DNA of 64,000 bases from Octopus bimaculoides (lineage: Eukaryota). Numbering within the stretch: the stretch's first letter is position 1; the number at the start of each line of letters is the position of its first letter. The stretch spans positions 56,147,341-56,211,340 of the forward strand of contig NC_068993.1 of the NCBI RefSeq assembly GCF_001194135.2. Reading direction: 5' to 3'. Under the pieces are notes generated by a model. That model was not told the DNA's origin. It made no database searches and was given only the letters and a program-made list of their open reading frames with translations. A program made the translations under genes and the position numbers. This document shows positions 1 to 11,916 of the stretch, in pieces.

Positions 1-314
1 TTGCAGTTCAGAAAATGGTATCAAACGAACATCACTGCATAAAATACTTACAAAACTCAATATGAAACCTTACATTCCGCGCCTAATTCACGGACTTCTG
101 GAGAATGATCCTGATCGCAGGCCTCAATTTTGCGAACAGTTTGTAAGTCAAGGAAGCCAAGTTTGTAAGTCAGAAGAAGCCAAGAAATATTGAAGATCTT
201 CGGCAGTTCATTATTGATTCATTTGCTAACTTTGATCCAGTTTGTCACAGTGTGCTTTCACGCTGTCGAAAACGCATTGAAGCTAATGACTTACAATTTG
301 AACATTTATCATAA
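1..314 (+). mobile_element. Internally deleted Tc1/mariner (maT/DD37D-like) transposase remnant
   Basis: Manual translation gives ...GIKRTSLHKILTKLNMKPYIPRLIHGLLENDPDRRPQFCEQFV, joined directly to the C-terminal PRNIEDLRQFIIDSFANFDPVCHSVLSRCRKRIEANDLQFEHLS* (TAA 312-314). The catalytic core is missing. Confidence 0.7.
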
Positions 315-452
315 CTGTAGTAAACGAAATTGATTGCCTATATTGTTACAATATTTACTGATGCAATACATACATTTTCTGAAAATCTTTATAGTCTAAC
401 CATGATATTCCTTTATTACAAACAAATGTATTGTAACTTTACGGACACCTTT

Positions 453-516
<64 letters not shown>

Positions 517-799
517 NNNNNNNNNNNNNNNNNNNNNNNNNNNNNNNNNNNNNNNNNNNNNNNNNNNNNNNNNNNNNNNNNNNNNNNNNNNNNNNNNNNN
601 NNNNNNNNNNNNNNNNNNNNNNNNNNNNNNNNNNNNNNNNNNNNNNNNNNNNNNNNNNNNNNNNNNNNNNNNNNNNNNNNNNNNNNNNNNNNNNNNNNNN
701 NNNNNNNNNNNNNNNNNNNNNNNNNNNNNNNNNNNNNNNNNNNNNNNNNNNNNNNNNNNNTATATATATATATATATATATATGAAATTTTGAATTTAG

Positions 800-858
800 T
801 TCACGGACCCCTTTGCGGACCACCAGGGATCCACGGACCCCAGGTTGGGAACCACTGG
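800..858. mobile_element. hAT-like MITE terminus
   Basis: Ends in ...cacggaccccaggttgggaaccactg, the reverse complement of a CAGTGGTTC(T/C)CAACC-type hAT terminal repeat. The other end is not visible, possibly lost in the gap. Confidence 0.4.
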
Positions 859-1122
859 TTTAGAGGAAGTGAATTGCTCTGGTTTTATCTGTGACCCACT
901 GCTTTACGTATTCACAAATGTATTTGTGCAAAGAGACATATATTCAAAGTAAATCTCTAAACTAGTGACCGCTAAATCTTAGTTTCGTTAGTGATCCTAT
1001 TAAAATGTATATTATATCTTAAAACTAAATGTTTCCTATCATTAATTTGATCGAATAAGCCACATCTCATATTTGTATTCCATTTCAAACATAACTTCAT
1101 ATTAATCTCTTCTCTCTTACAG

Positions 1123-1713
1123 GTTCACATTCTGGAGTCGCAGCTAACAAACAAAACGCAATCAAAGAAAGATCTTCTCTCCGTTCGCCTAGCCTCAATT
1201 AACCAGATAATTGATCCTTGGCTGTACATACTGCTACGGGGAAATCTCTTCAGAAAAATATTCAATTACGTCAAAAATATATTCCCAAGAAAACGCAAGC
1301 GTTCGCTGAAGACAAAAAACGAACAATACAAGCACAAGCCTCCGCTCATCAAGCAAAATTCTCGTTCAAATAAAATAGCTTATAAAGAAATGTGTTGCTT
1401 AACATCACAAACAGACGATATGGCGGAACGTGTCCATATAAAATCAAACGACACTTCCGTACAGCATAAGACTATTGATTGTAAAGATATAGAGTCGAAC
1501 ATTTGCAATGAAAATACCGATCAACATCAGAACGAAATTTCCAATAGCAATAGCTACCAAATGAGTTCTTACGCCCAATTAGGGGAAGGTGGCAGTATCC
1601 CTGCATCTATGACCTACCCGTGCATATCAAATACTACAAATGGCTTACGTCAGCTTCCTGATTCCATAGACTCTGTATCTGAAAGCAAGTACTCAAATAG
1701 GAAGTCACTGTAG
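1123..1713 (+). CDS. PTGER4: Prostanoid (prostaglandin E2 EP4-like) GPCR, last coding exon (ECL3-TM7-long C-tail); upstream exons not in window
   Basis: Acceptor tctctcttacag at 1121-1122. Phase-0 reading VHILESQLTNKTQSKKDLLSVRLASINQIIDPWLYILLRGNLFRKIF... is in frame with ORF 1390..1713. It carries the prostanoid-receptor TM7 signature (RLASxNQIxDPWxYILLR, with DPxxY), and the intron falls at the end of TM6 as in vertebrate prostanoid receptors. The subtype assignment is tentative. Confidence 0.85.
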   Translation, partial: VHILESQLTNKTQSKKDLLSVRLASINQIIDPWLYILLRGNLFRKIFNYVKNIFPRKRKRSLKTKNEQYKHKPPLIKQNSRSNKIAYKEMCCLTSQTDDMAERVHIKSNDTSVQHKTIDCKDIESNICNENTDQHQNEISNSNSYQMSSYAQLGEGGSIPASMTYPCISNTTNGLRQLPDSIDSVSESKYSNRKSL

Positions 1714-2559
1714 TCAAACTTCAATCGTCGACTAATGTTTGATTTGTTATTTTAAAATGATAGATAGGGCTGTGTTGGATGATGATACGCAGTAGTCACA
1801 GTTGAGCGTTGCTGATAAAACAGCGGAACTAAACAGTTCGTGATAATGTACGACCGACGAGATTGGTCGTACGCTTTTGTACAATTTACTGTATTGTTTG
1901 CGTTGTTTATAGATGAACACGGCAGTAGCACATTGTTATTTGAGTTGTTTGTGGAGGGGCTAAACCCAAACCAACCCGTACGAAACTAAAATCTGACTGA
2001 CACAAATGAAACGCTGCCATACCATAAACACTGAAATGGTGAGAAAGGTTTATTGATGAATTTTCATTGAATTTTCATTAAAAGCCTACTATTAAAGAAG
2101 TGAATTTGTTCCAATTGAAACAAATCAAAAGACTCCGATTGACTCTATCACCAATGACTGCTTGTCAGTCATAGTTAGAAAGGGAACACTTCTGTAAACT
2201 AATTTATTTCAACTACAGTTTCATTAGGTGGATATTTCCCGGTGAAAGTAGCATATTGTTTGTTGTTGTTGCTACTGTTGTTATTTACGTTGGTGTTACT
2301 GAGTAATACCAAAGTTAACTCTTAGCTCAGAATAATGTTATGGAAATTATCAATCAAAAATTCGTTTTTCCAGTATTCAAAGCACGACGTTCAAGTCATT
2401 ATAATAATGTAAGATCTGTGAGCTTTAATCATTCATACAGACCCCATATTGAAAATAGCAGGAAAGTTGTGAAAGATATCTATCTGTAACATCAGTCAAG
2501 CCAGGCAAATTAATGAAAACTCCCACTTTTTGCCTTGCTGTTACTAGTCATGGAAGGTT

Positions 2560-3190
2560 TCTGGCCTGGTCTTGTTCAACACTCGACCAGCAGATCTTTG
2601 AGAAATCCATTTCAACCGCAGCCATCACGTTTTGTTTTATTCAGACATTGTGTATCTTGGACTACATTATATACTATGTCCTCTTTTTGTAAGGCATGAT
2701 TTGAGGGAGATTAAGTCGGGTGCAGAAGTTAGTCGCTTCGTAGTTTTAGTTTAACCCTCGGCCAGTTCTCATTAAACAGACCTATGAGTAAAAGCTTCTA
2801 GTCTTGAGCATCCAGTGTTTTTGTTTGTTTGTTTTCTTCGGGTATAGTTTACCTAGGACTACATTATCTTGTGTACGATCTTTTTTTAAGACGGCAAGGC
2901 ACAAGGAAGTAGACCTGGCTGCTCTTTCCAGCAGACCGAGTGACCGTACAGAGTTCCCTTCGTGTTGTTATTGAGAGTGGTGGCCACTAGTGAGGGTTAT
3001 CTCTGATCGAGTTGAGCTTAAATCAAGACCATTCCAACCTTGACCATACTACCCTTTTTACGGGTATAGTGTACCTAGGTCTACATTATCCAATGTGCCC
3101 TTTTCTTTTTTTGAAACTGACAGGTGTGTTTGTAGAATAGTAATTTAACTGCTGTTTCTAGCAGATTGAGTGAACGCAAGAGCAACCATG
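2560..3190. repeat. Three diverged tandem copies of a ~200-230 bp dispersed repeat
   Basis: The block (g/t)actacattat...ttttt...ttgag/gctgct.tttc.agcag recurs near 2660, 2855 and 3080. Confidence 0.5.
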
Positions 3191-4873
3191 ATGAGGTTTA
3201 TCACTGGTGTTGCTGTTGAAGCTTCGCAAAGCCTTGAGAAGGGAACGGATGTCACACAAAATCAATTTGAAATTCTACGTTGTTAAACATAGGGTTAAAC
3301 TTCTCGGTGAGATAAGCATGACACCCGGTTCACGTACCCGATGAGTCTATCGGATACATTTCCCTTAGGTTATAACACATATGTCATTAAACAGTTTCGA
3401 AAAAGCATAAAGGCCACAGCTTCTCATTTGCATTCCCCTGAAATCATAGACTTCATATATTCATTACGGTCAGTATCTTCGTTACACACAACTGTATATA
3501 TATATATATATATNNNNNNNNNNNNNNNNNNNNNNNNNNNNNNNNNNNNNNNNNNNNNNNNNNNNNNNNNNNNNNNNNNNNNNNNNNNNNNNNNNNNNNN
3601 NNNNNNNNNNNNNNNNNNNNNNNNNNNNNNNNNNNNNNNNNNNNNNNNNNNNNNNNNNNNNNNNNNNNNNNNNNNNNNNNNNNNNNNNNNNNNNNNNNNN
3701 NNNNNNNNNNNNNNNNNNNNNNNNNNNNNNNNNNNNNNNNNNNNNNNNNNNNNNNNNNNNNNNNNNNNNNNNNNNNNNNNNNNNNNNNNNNNNNNNNNNN
3801 NNNNNNNNNNNNNNNNNNNNNNNNNNNNNNNNNNNNNNNNNNNNNNNNNNNNNNNNNNNNNNNNNNNNNNNNNNNNNNNNNNNNNNNNNNNNNNNNNNNN
3901 NNNNNNNNNNNNNNNNNNNNNNNNNNNNNNNNNNNNNNNNNNNNNNNNNNNNNNNNNNNNNNNNNNNNNNNNNNNNNNNNNNNNNNNNNNNNNNNNNNNN
4001 NNNNNNNNNNNNNNNNNNNNNNNNNNNNNNNNNNNNNNNNNNNNNNNNNNNNNNNNNNNNNNNNNNNNNNNNNNNNNNNNNNNNNNNNNNNNNNNNNNNN
4101 NNNNNNNNNNNNNNNNNNNNNNNNNNNNNNNNNNNNNNNNNNNNNNNNNNNNNNNNNNNNNNNNNNNNNNNNNNNNNNNNNNNNNNNNNNNNNNNNNNNN
4201 NNNNNNNNNNNNNNNNNNNNNNNNNNNNNNNNNNNNNNNNNNNNNNNNNNNNNNNNNNNNNNNNNNNNNNNNNNNNNNNNNNNNNNNNNNNNNNNNNNNN
4301 NNNNNNNNNNNNNNNNNNNNNNNNNNNNNNNNNNNNNNNNNNNNNNNNNNNNNNNNNNNNNNNNNNNNNNNNNNNNNNNNNNNNNNNNNNNNNNNNNNNN
4401 NNNNNNNNNNNNNNNNNNNNNNNNNNNNNNNNNNNATCAGCCAAATTCACTCACAAGCTACTGATCGGTCCGGACACTTATCAAAGGTGCCTGAAATCGG
4501 AACCATTTGATTGCAAAGCGAACTTCATATCCACATGTTGCACCTTAATTTACAATTTACACACACACACACACACGTACACAACACACGTACACAACAC
4601 ACGTACACAACACACGTATGCACGCACACACACACACACACGCACGTACACACACACACACACGCACGCACACACATTGGCTGGCAGCGTGTGTGTGTGT
4701 ATGAAGACCATGTAACATCAAAGTTCTTGATACTTCACGGTGCCGAGTTCGAATCCCATCTGTGACAGACCCCCCCCCCTAGGTGTCAATAAAAATCAAA
4801 TCATTTCCACAATGTGTTGTTGGCTCATTCAACATTAATATCTTCTTTACGAGTAATTCTTTCTATTATAAGC

Positions 4874-5243
4874 ACAAGGCCTGAAATTTTGAGGGGAGGG
4901 GCTAGTCGATTACATTGACCCGTATTGCTCAACTGGCACTTGTTTTATCGACCTGAAGAGGATGAAAGACAAAGTCGACGTCGGTGGAATTTGAACTCGG
5001 CATGTATATAGCCGAAAGAAATACTACGAAGCATTTTAACCAACTCACTAATGATTCTACTATCACACCAGACAAAATACTCTGCGGCATTTCGGCCATC
5101 TTTACGTTCTGAGTTCAAATTCCGATTTATTTTATCGACCCCGCCCCTTTGGGGGTGGGGTCGATGAAATAAATACCAGTTGAGCACTGGGGTCGATATA
5201 ATTGACTAGTCCCCTCCCCGAAAATGTCAGTCCTTGTGTCCTT
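4874..5243. mobile_element. Two tRNA-derived SINE (family B) fragments in inverted orientation
   Basis: gcacaaggcctgaaattttg...ggaatttgaactc is followed by the reverse-orientation gagttcaaattcc...ccttgtgtc. Other family-B copies lie at ~6470-6665, 7420-7960, 19130-19325, 22620-22860, 33810-33990, 34295-34430, 44090-44530, 51000-51150 and 52066-52440. Confidence 0.75.
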
Positions 5244-6708
5244 AGTAGAAAGGATCATTATTATTATCATTATTATTATTATTNNNNNNNNNNNNNNNNN
5301 NNNNNNNNNNNNNNNNNNNNNNNNNNNNNNNNNNNNNNNNNNNNNNNNNNNNNNNNNNNNNNNNNNNNNNNNNNNNNNNNNNNNNNNNNNNNNNNNNNNN
5401 NNNNNNNNNNNNNNNNNNNNNNNNNNNNNNNNNNNNNNNNNNNNNNNNNNNNNNNNNNNNNNNNNNNNNNNNNNNNNNNNNNNNNNNNNNNNNNNNNNNN
5501 NNNNNNNNNNNNNNNNNNNNNNNNNNNNNNNNNNNNNNNNNNNNNNNNNNNNNNNNNNNNNNNNNNNNNNNNNNNNNNNNNNNNNNNNNNNNNNNNNNNN
5601 NNNNNNNNNNNNNNNNNNNNNNNNNNNNNNNNNNNNNNNNNNNNNNNNNNNNNNNNNNNNNNNNNNNNNNNNNNNNNNNNNNNNNNNNNNNNNNNNNNNN
5701 NNNNNNNNNNNNNNNNNNNNNNNNNNNNNNNNNNNNNNNNNNNNNNNNNNNNNNNNNNNNNNNNNNNNNNNNNNNNNNNNNNNNNNNNNNNNNNNNNNNN
5801 NNNNNNNNNNNNNNNNNNNNNNNNNNNNNNNNNNNNNNNNNNNNNNNNNNNNNNNNNNNNNNNNNNNNNNNNNNNNNNNNNNNNNNNNNNNNNNNNNNNN
5901 NNNNNNNNNNNNNNNNNNNNNNNNNNNNNNNNNNNNNNNNNNNNNNNNNNNNNNNNNNNNNNNNNNNNNNNNNNNNNNNNNNNNNNNNNNNNNNNNNNNN
6001 NNNNNNNNNNNNNNNNNNNNNNNNNNNNNNNNNNNNNNNNNNNNNNNNNNNNNNNNNNNNNNNNNNNNNNNNNNNNNNNNNNNNNNNNNNNNNNNNNNNN
6101 NNNNNNTATATATATATAAATGTGTGTGTGTTAAATAAAATACACGGGTTCAAATCTTACATCCTGCTTCTTGTGTTTATTTATCCGTCTGTTTATGTGT
6201 TGAATTTTCATTTCATTTTATTGTTTTTGTCTTTTTTTTTTGTTACTGTTTGCAGGCCTATCCTTCTGGTTTTTTAGCTCTTAACATGTGTTCACTAAAG
6301 TTTATTTACGCTGCATATGTTCGCAGTTGTAGATAAGTCACAACCGAATTTCTTTTGTGGCTTCGACATTTTAACTTCAGCTTCTGACCTGCAAATATGT
6401 CACGTATTGCTTTTCGTGATTACTGTTGGTAATTTTGTTTGCAGTTGCATTTAGATAATAATTTCATATTTTGGTACAAGGCCAGCTATTTCAGGAGTGG
6501 GAGATAAGTTGATTACATCAACCCCCCACTGTTCAACTGCTACTTATTTTATCAACTCCCGAATGGATGAAAGACAAAGTCAACCTCGACGGAATTTGAA
6601 CCCACAACACGAAGACGGACGGAATATAGCTAAGCTTTTTGCCCCGGCGTGCTAACGATTCTTATTTCTTTATTGCCCACAAGGGGCTAAACATAGAGGG
6701 GACAAACA

Positions 6709-6984
6709 AGGGATCTTTTTTTAAAACGGGGGCCACATTTTTCATTAACGAAACACTTTGAAACTTGGAACACTGGTAGAATGTGTCATATAAAACATCT
6801 TTTTTCTCTTAGTCTTCTTTAAAAAAAAAGAAATCCCTAAAGTTATTCCATGTTAAAGTTGTCGTATTTCTGTAATTTCAACCAATCACTGACGTCCATT
6901 CAGCCGATATACATTAAGTGCCGACTACATAAACAAACGATTCTGAAACAATTCTATCGGTGATAGGGTTAGGGTTAGGGTTAG
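6709..6984. mobile_element. Probable MITE-like repeat ending in (TTAGGG)n at a gap edge
   Basis: A non-SINE segment follows a SINE 3' tail and runs into tagggttagggttagggttag (6964-6984), then an N gap. Confidence 0.4.
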
Positions 6985-8215
6985 NNNNNNNNNNNNNNNN
7001 NNNNNNNNNNNNNNNNNNNNNNNNNNNNNNNNNNNNNNNNNNNNNNNNNNNNNNNNNNNNNNNNNNNNNNNNNNNNNNNNNNNNNNNNNNNNNNNNNNNN
7101 NNNNNNNNNNNNNNNNNNNNNNNNNNNNNNNNNNNNNNNNNNNNNNNNNNNNNNNNNNNNNNNNNNNNNNNNNNNNNNNNNNNNNNNNNNNNNNNNNNNN
7201 NNNNNNNNNNNNNNNNNNNNNNNNNNNNNNNNNNNNNNNNNNNNNNNNNNNNNNNNNNNNNNNNNNNNNNNNNNNNNNNNNNNNNNNNNNNNNNNNNNNN
7301 NNNNNNNNNNNNNNNNNNNNNNNNNNNNNNNNNNNNNNNNNNNNNNNNNNNNNNNNNNNNNNNNNNNNNNNNNNNNNNNNNNNNNNNNNNNNNNNNNNNN
7401 NNNNNNNNNNNNNNNNNNNTTATATCGACCCTAGTGTTTAACTGGTTCTTATTTTATCAACAAAGTCGACCTCCACGGAATTTGAACTCAGAACGCGAAG
7501 ACGGACGAAATATCACGAAGTACTTTGTCCGGTGTGCTAACGAAACAGCCAGCTCGCCGCCTTCAAGTTGCGTTTAAATAATACTTTCTGATGGAAGCAC
7601 AAGGCCTCAAATTTGGGGGAAGAGATTAAGTTGATTAGATCGACCCCAGTGCGTAACTGGTATTTATTTAATCGACCCCGAAAGGATGAAAGGCAAAGAC
7701 GACGTCGGTGGAATTTGAACTCAGAACGAAAGGCAAAATCAACCTCGGTGGAACTGAACTCAGAACACGAAGACTGGCGAAATATCCTTTTCTACTCTAG
7801 GCACAAGGCCCGAAATTTGGGGGGAGGGACCAGTCGATTAGATTGACTCCAGTACGCAACTGGTACTTAATTTATCGACCCCGAAAGGATAAAAGGCAAA
7901 GTCAATCTCGGCGGAATTTGAACTCAGAACGTAGCGGCATTCTACTAGCTCGCCATCCTTGACTAGAGTATTATTATTACACTCAACAGAGTGCACAGGA
8001 ACCAAGTTTAGCTTAACAATAGCTTTTATTAATCAATTCCTGTAACAATCAACCGGTGCTTTTAATCTGCCAGTCCCTTGAATTTAGCTAAGTGTGATAG
8101 GTGTCTCTCGTAAATTTCTAAGTGAAAAAGAAAAGCCGAGAATAATAGGAAGTGTATTTGTAGAAAAATGTAGATTCAGTTTCGAATCCTGGCTTAGAAT
8201 CAAGAAACTTATTCG

Positions 8216-8247
<32 letters not shown>

Positions 8248-8261
8248 NNNNNNNNNNTTCG

Positions 8262-8299
<38 letters not shown>

Positions 8300-8439
8300 A
8301 CGTGCGCGTATGAATATAAATAGACAGATAGATAGATAGATAGATAGATAGATATCTATTCGTTTTGCAAGATTACTGATGTGGAATCGTGTGTTGAAAC
8401 AGATATTGCTGTATTTCGGGATGTCTAACAAGACAAATG

Positions 8440-9080
8440 ACGGTTATGTACAAATCGTTCTGATGTTCACAGAGTGATGAAACTAAGTTTCCAGCAATTG
8501 TGGTGGTTTTAGAAATGTTGAACAACGAAAGTCATGTCATACTACTTCGCATCTTTTCATAAGGTCTAAGAATTAGCGCTGCTGGATACGTTGATGTACT
8601 GGAGAAGTTTTTAAGCTCTGGATAGATGAAGCGCACAGTAAAAGGCCATACGTGTTTCAACAAGACTCGGTACCTTCTCACAAAGCACTTATCACCCAAG
8701 AATAGTTGTCAATCAATATTTACAATCATGTAACACCAATCTTGTGGCCTCCGAACTCACCAGATTTAAAATCCAATGGACAACGTTTGGAGAGTCGTTG
8801 AAAATAAGACAAATCAACATCTTCACAATACAATAGCTTCACTAAAGGCCGTCATTTTACTGGTGTTGTCCGAAGTGAATAATGACCATTTAGTGCGGAC
8901 CTGTCAACAATTCCGGTCCCGCGTTGAAGTTGTCATCGAAGCTGAAGGCAAATTCATGAAATAGTCTGATGAGAAAGCTTATCTCGAACACGTGTACAAA
9001 TTATTATGATAATTTTTACTAGGTTAGAGTTGTTTTATTAATTAACCAGATATGTACTCAAATAACCCACGCACTCTGTA
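8440..9080 (+). mobile_element. Tc1/mariner (maT/DD37D-like) transposase 3' remnant with right terminus
   Basis: Translation KRPYVFQQDSVPSHKALITQE*...ILWPPNSPDLNPMDNVWRVVENKTN...FRSRVEVVIEAEGKFMK* contains the FQQD and WPPNSPDLNP motifs. The element ends ...gcactctgTA at 9080. Confidence 0.85.
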
Positions 9081-9082
9081 TC

Positions 9083-9122
<40 letters not shown>

Positions 9123-9454
9123 TATATGTGAGTGTGTGTGTGTGCGCACGTAGAAATATATACATACGCATACATATATAGACAGATATGCATATATAAA
9201 TAAGTATTGTACGAACAGAAATAAAATTACAATTATAAATGTCAAATGTCTACGCACACAAACTCCTACGGACATATAAAATATACAACCAAAACAAGAG
9301 TTTATTAGGAATCAAATTTAAATTAAGCAGAAAATGGAGAAATTTTTTGATCAACCAACGATGGAAGTCAATTAGTTTGTTGATGAAAAATTTTCTCCAT
9401 TTTCTGTTTAATTTAAATTTGATTCGTGATTAACTCTTATTTTGTTATTGCCTG

Positions 9455-9850
9455 TATCTTGTTTTTACTTGTTTCAATCATTTGACCGTGGCCATGCTGG
9501 AGCACCGCCTTTAGTCGAGCAAATCGACCCTAGGACTTATTCTATCGTAAGCCTAGTACTTATTCGATCGGTGTCTTATGCCGAACCGCTAAGTTACGGG
9601 GACGTAAACACACCAGCATCAGTTGTCAAGCAATGTTGGGGGGGGGGACAAACACAGACACACAAACTTATACACACACATACATACATATATATATACA
9701 TATATACATATATACGACGGGCTTCTTTCAGTTTCCGTCTACCAAATCCATTCACAAGGCTTTGGTAGAAGGCTATAGTAGAAGTCACTTGCCCAAGGTG
9801 TCACGCTGTGGGAACCATGTAGTTGGTAAGCAAGCTACTTACCACACAGC
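9455..9850 (-). mobile_element. tRNA-derived SINE (family A), near full-length, with internal microsatellite
   Basis: The reverse complement reads ggctgtgtggtaagtagcttgc...ccttgggcaagtg...gaaactgaaagaagcccgtcg...ggtgctccagcatggccac. Other copies lie at ~15335-15490, 27779-27915, 30087-30470, 32510-32680, 33470-33795, 47606-47760, 54820-54960, 57770-58067 and 59618-59855. Confidence 0.8.
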
Positions 9851-10264
9851 CACTCCTACGCCTATAAACCTATATATTTATATATATATACATATATATA
9901 CATATATATATATATATACACACATATATANNNNNNNNNNNNNNNNNNNNNNNNNNNNNNNNNNNNNNNNNNNNNNNNNNNNNNNNNNNNNNNNNNNNNN
10001 NNNNNNNNNNNNNNNNNNNNNNNNNNNNNNNNNNNNNNNNNNNNNNNNNNNNNNNNNNNNNNNNNNNNNNNNNNNNNNNNNNNNNNNNNNNNNNNNNNNN
10101 NNNNNNNNNNNNNNNNNNNNNNNNNNNNNNNNNNNNNNNNNNNNNNNCATTAATATAATGTCTGAAAGACTTTCAAGATGCCTGCACACATATAAATGTA
10201 CTTTCGCGCAACGCAGTGGGAATTAATTTGAGCAACTGTTAACATAATTTACTTTAAGTGGGTT

Positions 10265-10600
10265 GTGAAGGCGCGTGGTTAGGGTATTCGACTCACAATT
10301 GCAAGGTTATGAGTTCAATTCTCAGCGACGCGTTGTGTCCTTGAGCAAGAGACTTTATTTCACGTTTCTCCAGTCTACTCAGTTGGCAAAAATGAGTAGT
10401 ACCTGCATTTCAAAGGGGCCAGCCTTGTCACACTCTGTGTCATGCTGAATCTCCCTGAGAGCTACGTTAAGGGTACATGTGTCGTTAAGTGTACACGTGT
10501 CTGTGGAGTGCTCAACCACTTGCACGTTAATTTCACGAGTAGGCTGTTCCGTTGATCGGATCAACTGAAATCAACGTTGTCGTAACCCACAGAGTGCCAG
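10265..10600 (+). mobile_element. tRNA-derived SINE (family D-related)
   Basis: A degenerate tRNA head (gtggttagggtattcgactc...gagttcaattc) is followed by a 3' half shared with 49296-49676 (cagccttgtcacactctgtgtca.gctgaatctccc.gaga.ctacgttaagggtaca). Related pieces lie at ~18420-18570 (-), 18690-18790 (+) and 41960-42190 (-). Confidence 0.75.
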
Positions 10601-11027
10601 TAGGGGGCAATATAGAGCGACTTGTAGAAGTGGGCGAGTCTTTACCAGATGTTTGTACTTCTGCCGGACAATGAAGTTGAGAACTACTTGGAAAATTTGT
10701 GGTTGTGTTTTTGTTTTGCCTGAGATATGGAGGGACATATTTATGACGATGGTTTTATTCACCAGATTATTCCTCTCTGATTCATCACGATAAAAGACTG
10801 TCAAGGATAGTCAGTATAGAACTGGACGACCATTATCAAGTGTTTTTAGATGTTTCATGAGAGTTTTGCACTTCTCCACGAGAAACACTTTTATCTCTTA
10901 AGAGATTCAGTGTACACACGAGGCAAAACATCAGTTTCATCCGATATTTGTTAGAAAAACTTTCTGTGTAGGTTTTTTTCTGTTTAGTCCCATGGTTTGT
11001 TATTCATTAGTCATTTTGTACTCTTGC

Positions 11028-11066
<39 letters not shown>

Positions 11067-11864
11067 TCGGCTATCATCGGAGTTCATCAGGAACATTGCT
11101 TTGCCACTTTCCATTGGTCAAGAGGGGCATGCTGCTGACCATCTGTATTTTATCAATGACCGCTATAGGAGAAAACGTCACATGATAATCATGTGACAGA
11201 CATGATTAAAAGCGATTGGGGAGAGGCACTTCCTTCTTCGGCGAGAACTCAACTCTTTTAAGTATCACTAAGAGAAAAAAAAAGAAAGGATTCTTCCCAT
11301 GAGAAATTTGTTGCAGGTGGCGGGGATGGCTCCAGTGAATGAGTTTCCTTTTAACACATCCTGGCATGGTTATGTGGTTAACAAGCTCGTTTCATAACCA
11401 TGTTGTTTCAGCTTCACTCCCACTGCGCAGCACCTTGGGCAAGTGTCTTCTGTCATAGTCTCAGGCTGACCAATCCTTTTCAGTGAATTTGTTACACGGA
11501 AATTATACAGAAGCTCATCTTATACATGTGCGTACGTGATGTGCATATGTGTGTGTGTATGTAGATGTATACATATGTATGCATGTACGTATGTTTATGT
11601 GTGTACCTTTGATTTTGCGTTTGTCACGTTCACCGCTTTACAGACGGTGTTGGTTTGCTTACGTCACCATAACACAGGTGTCGACTTTGCCTTTCATCCT
11701 TTCATATATATATATATATTTACTTGGAGAATGGAGCAACAAATACAAGAAAAAGCATTTTCGTTGGACTAGATAGCCGTTGTTTTATTATGTGGAGCTT
11801 GTGAAATGAGTCAGTGTGGAGGTTTAGGTTATGTAATGAGTCATTTTGTATATTATGTCATAGT

Positions 11865-11916
11865 CACTTACGTACGTTTCGATGCAGCCAGTAGTTTGGC
11901 CGATCTCTTCAGAGTG
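11865..11916 (-). ncRNA. Type I hammerhead ribozyme (Penelope/retrozyme-type, palindromic stem III loop)
   Basis: The reverse complement is CACT-CUGAAGA-GAUCGGCCA-aacuac-UGGCUGCAUC-GAAAC-guac-GUA-AGUG. The CUGANGA/GAAA core is complete. Stem I is CACU/AGUG. Stem II is 9 bp with one G-U pair and one bulged C. Stem III is AC/GU with a palindromic GUAC loop. The cleavage triplet is GUA, with the cut between 11869 and 11868. Confidence 0.85.

Noticed and set aside
6964-6984. True chromosome telomere
   Set aside because: The tract is short, internal and flanked by ordinary SINE-rich sequence on both sides of the gap. It is treated as interstitial.
8966-8997. CTGATGA...GAA motif resembling a hammerhead core
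   Set aside because: GAAA is replaced by GAAC (A15.1 lost), stem II is not properly paired after the core, and no stem I is present. It sits directly after a transposase stop codon and is probably chance.
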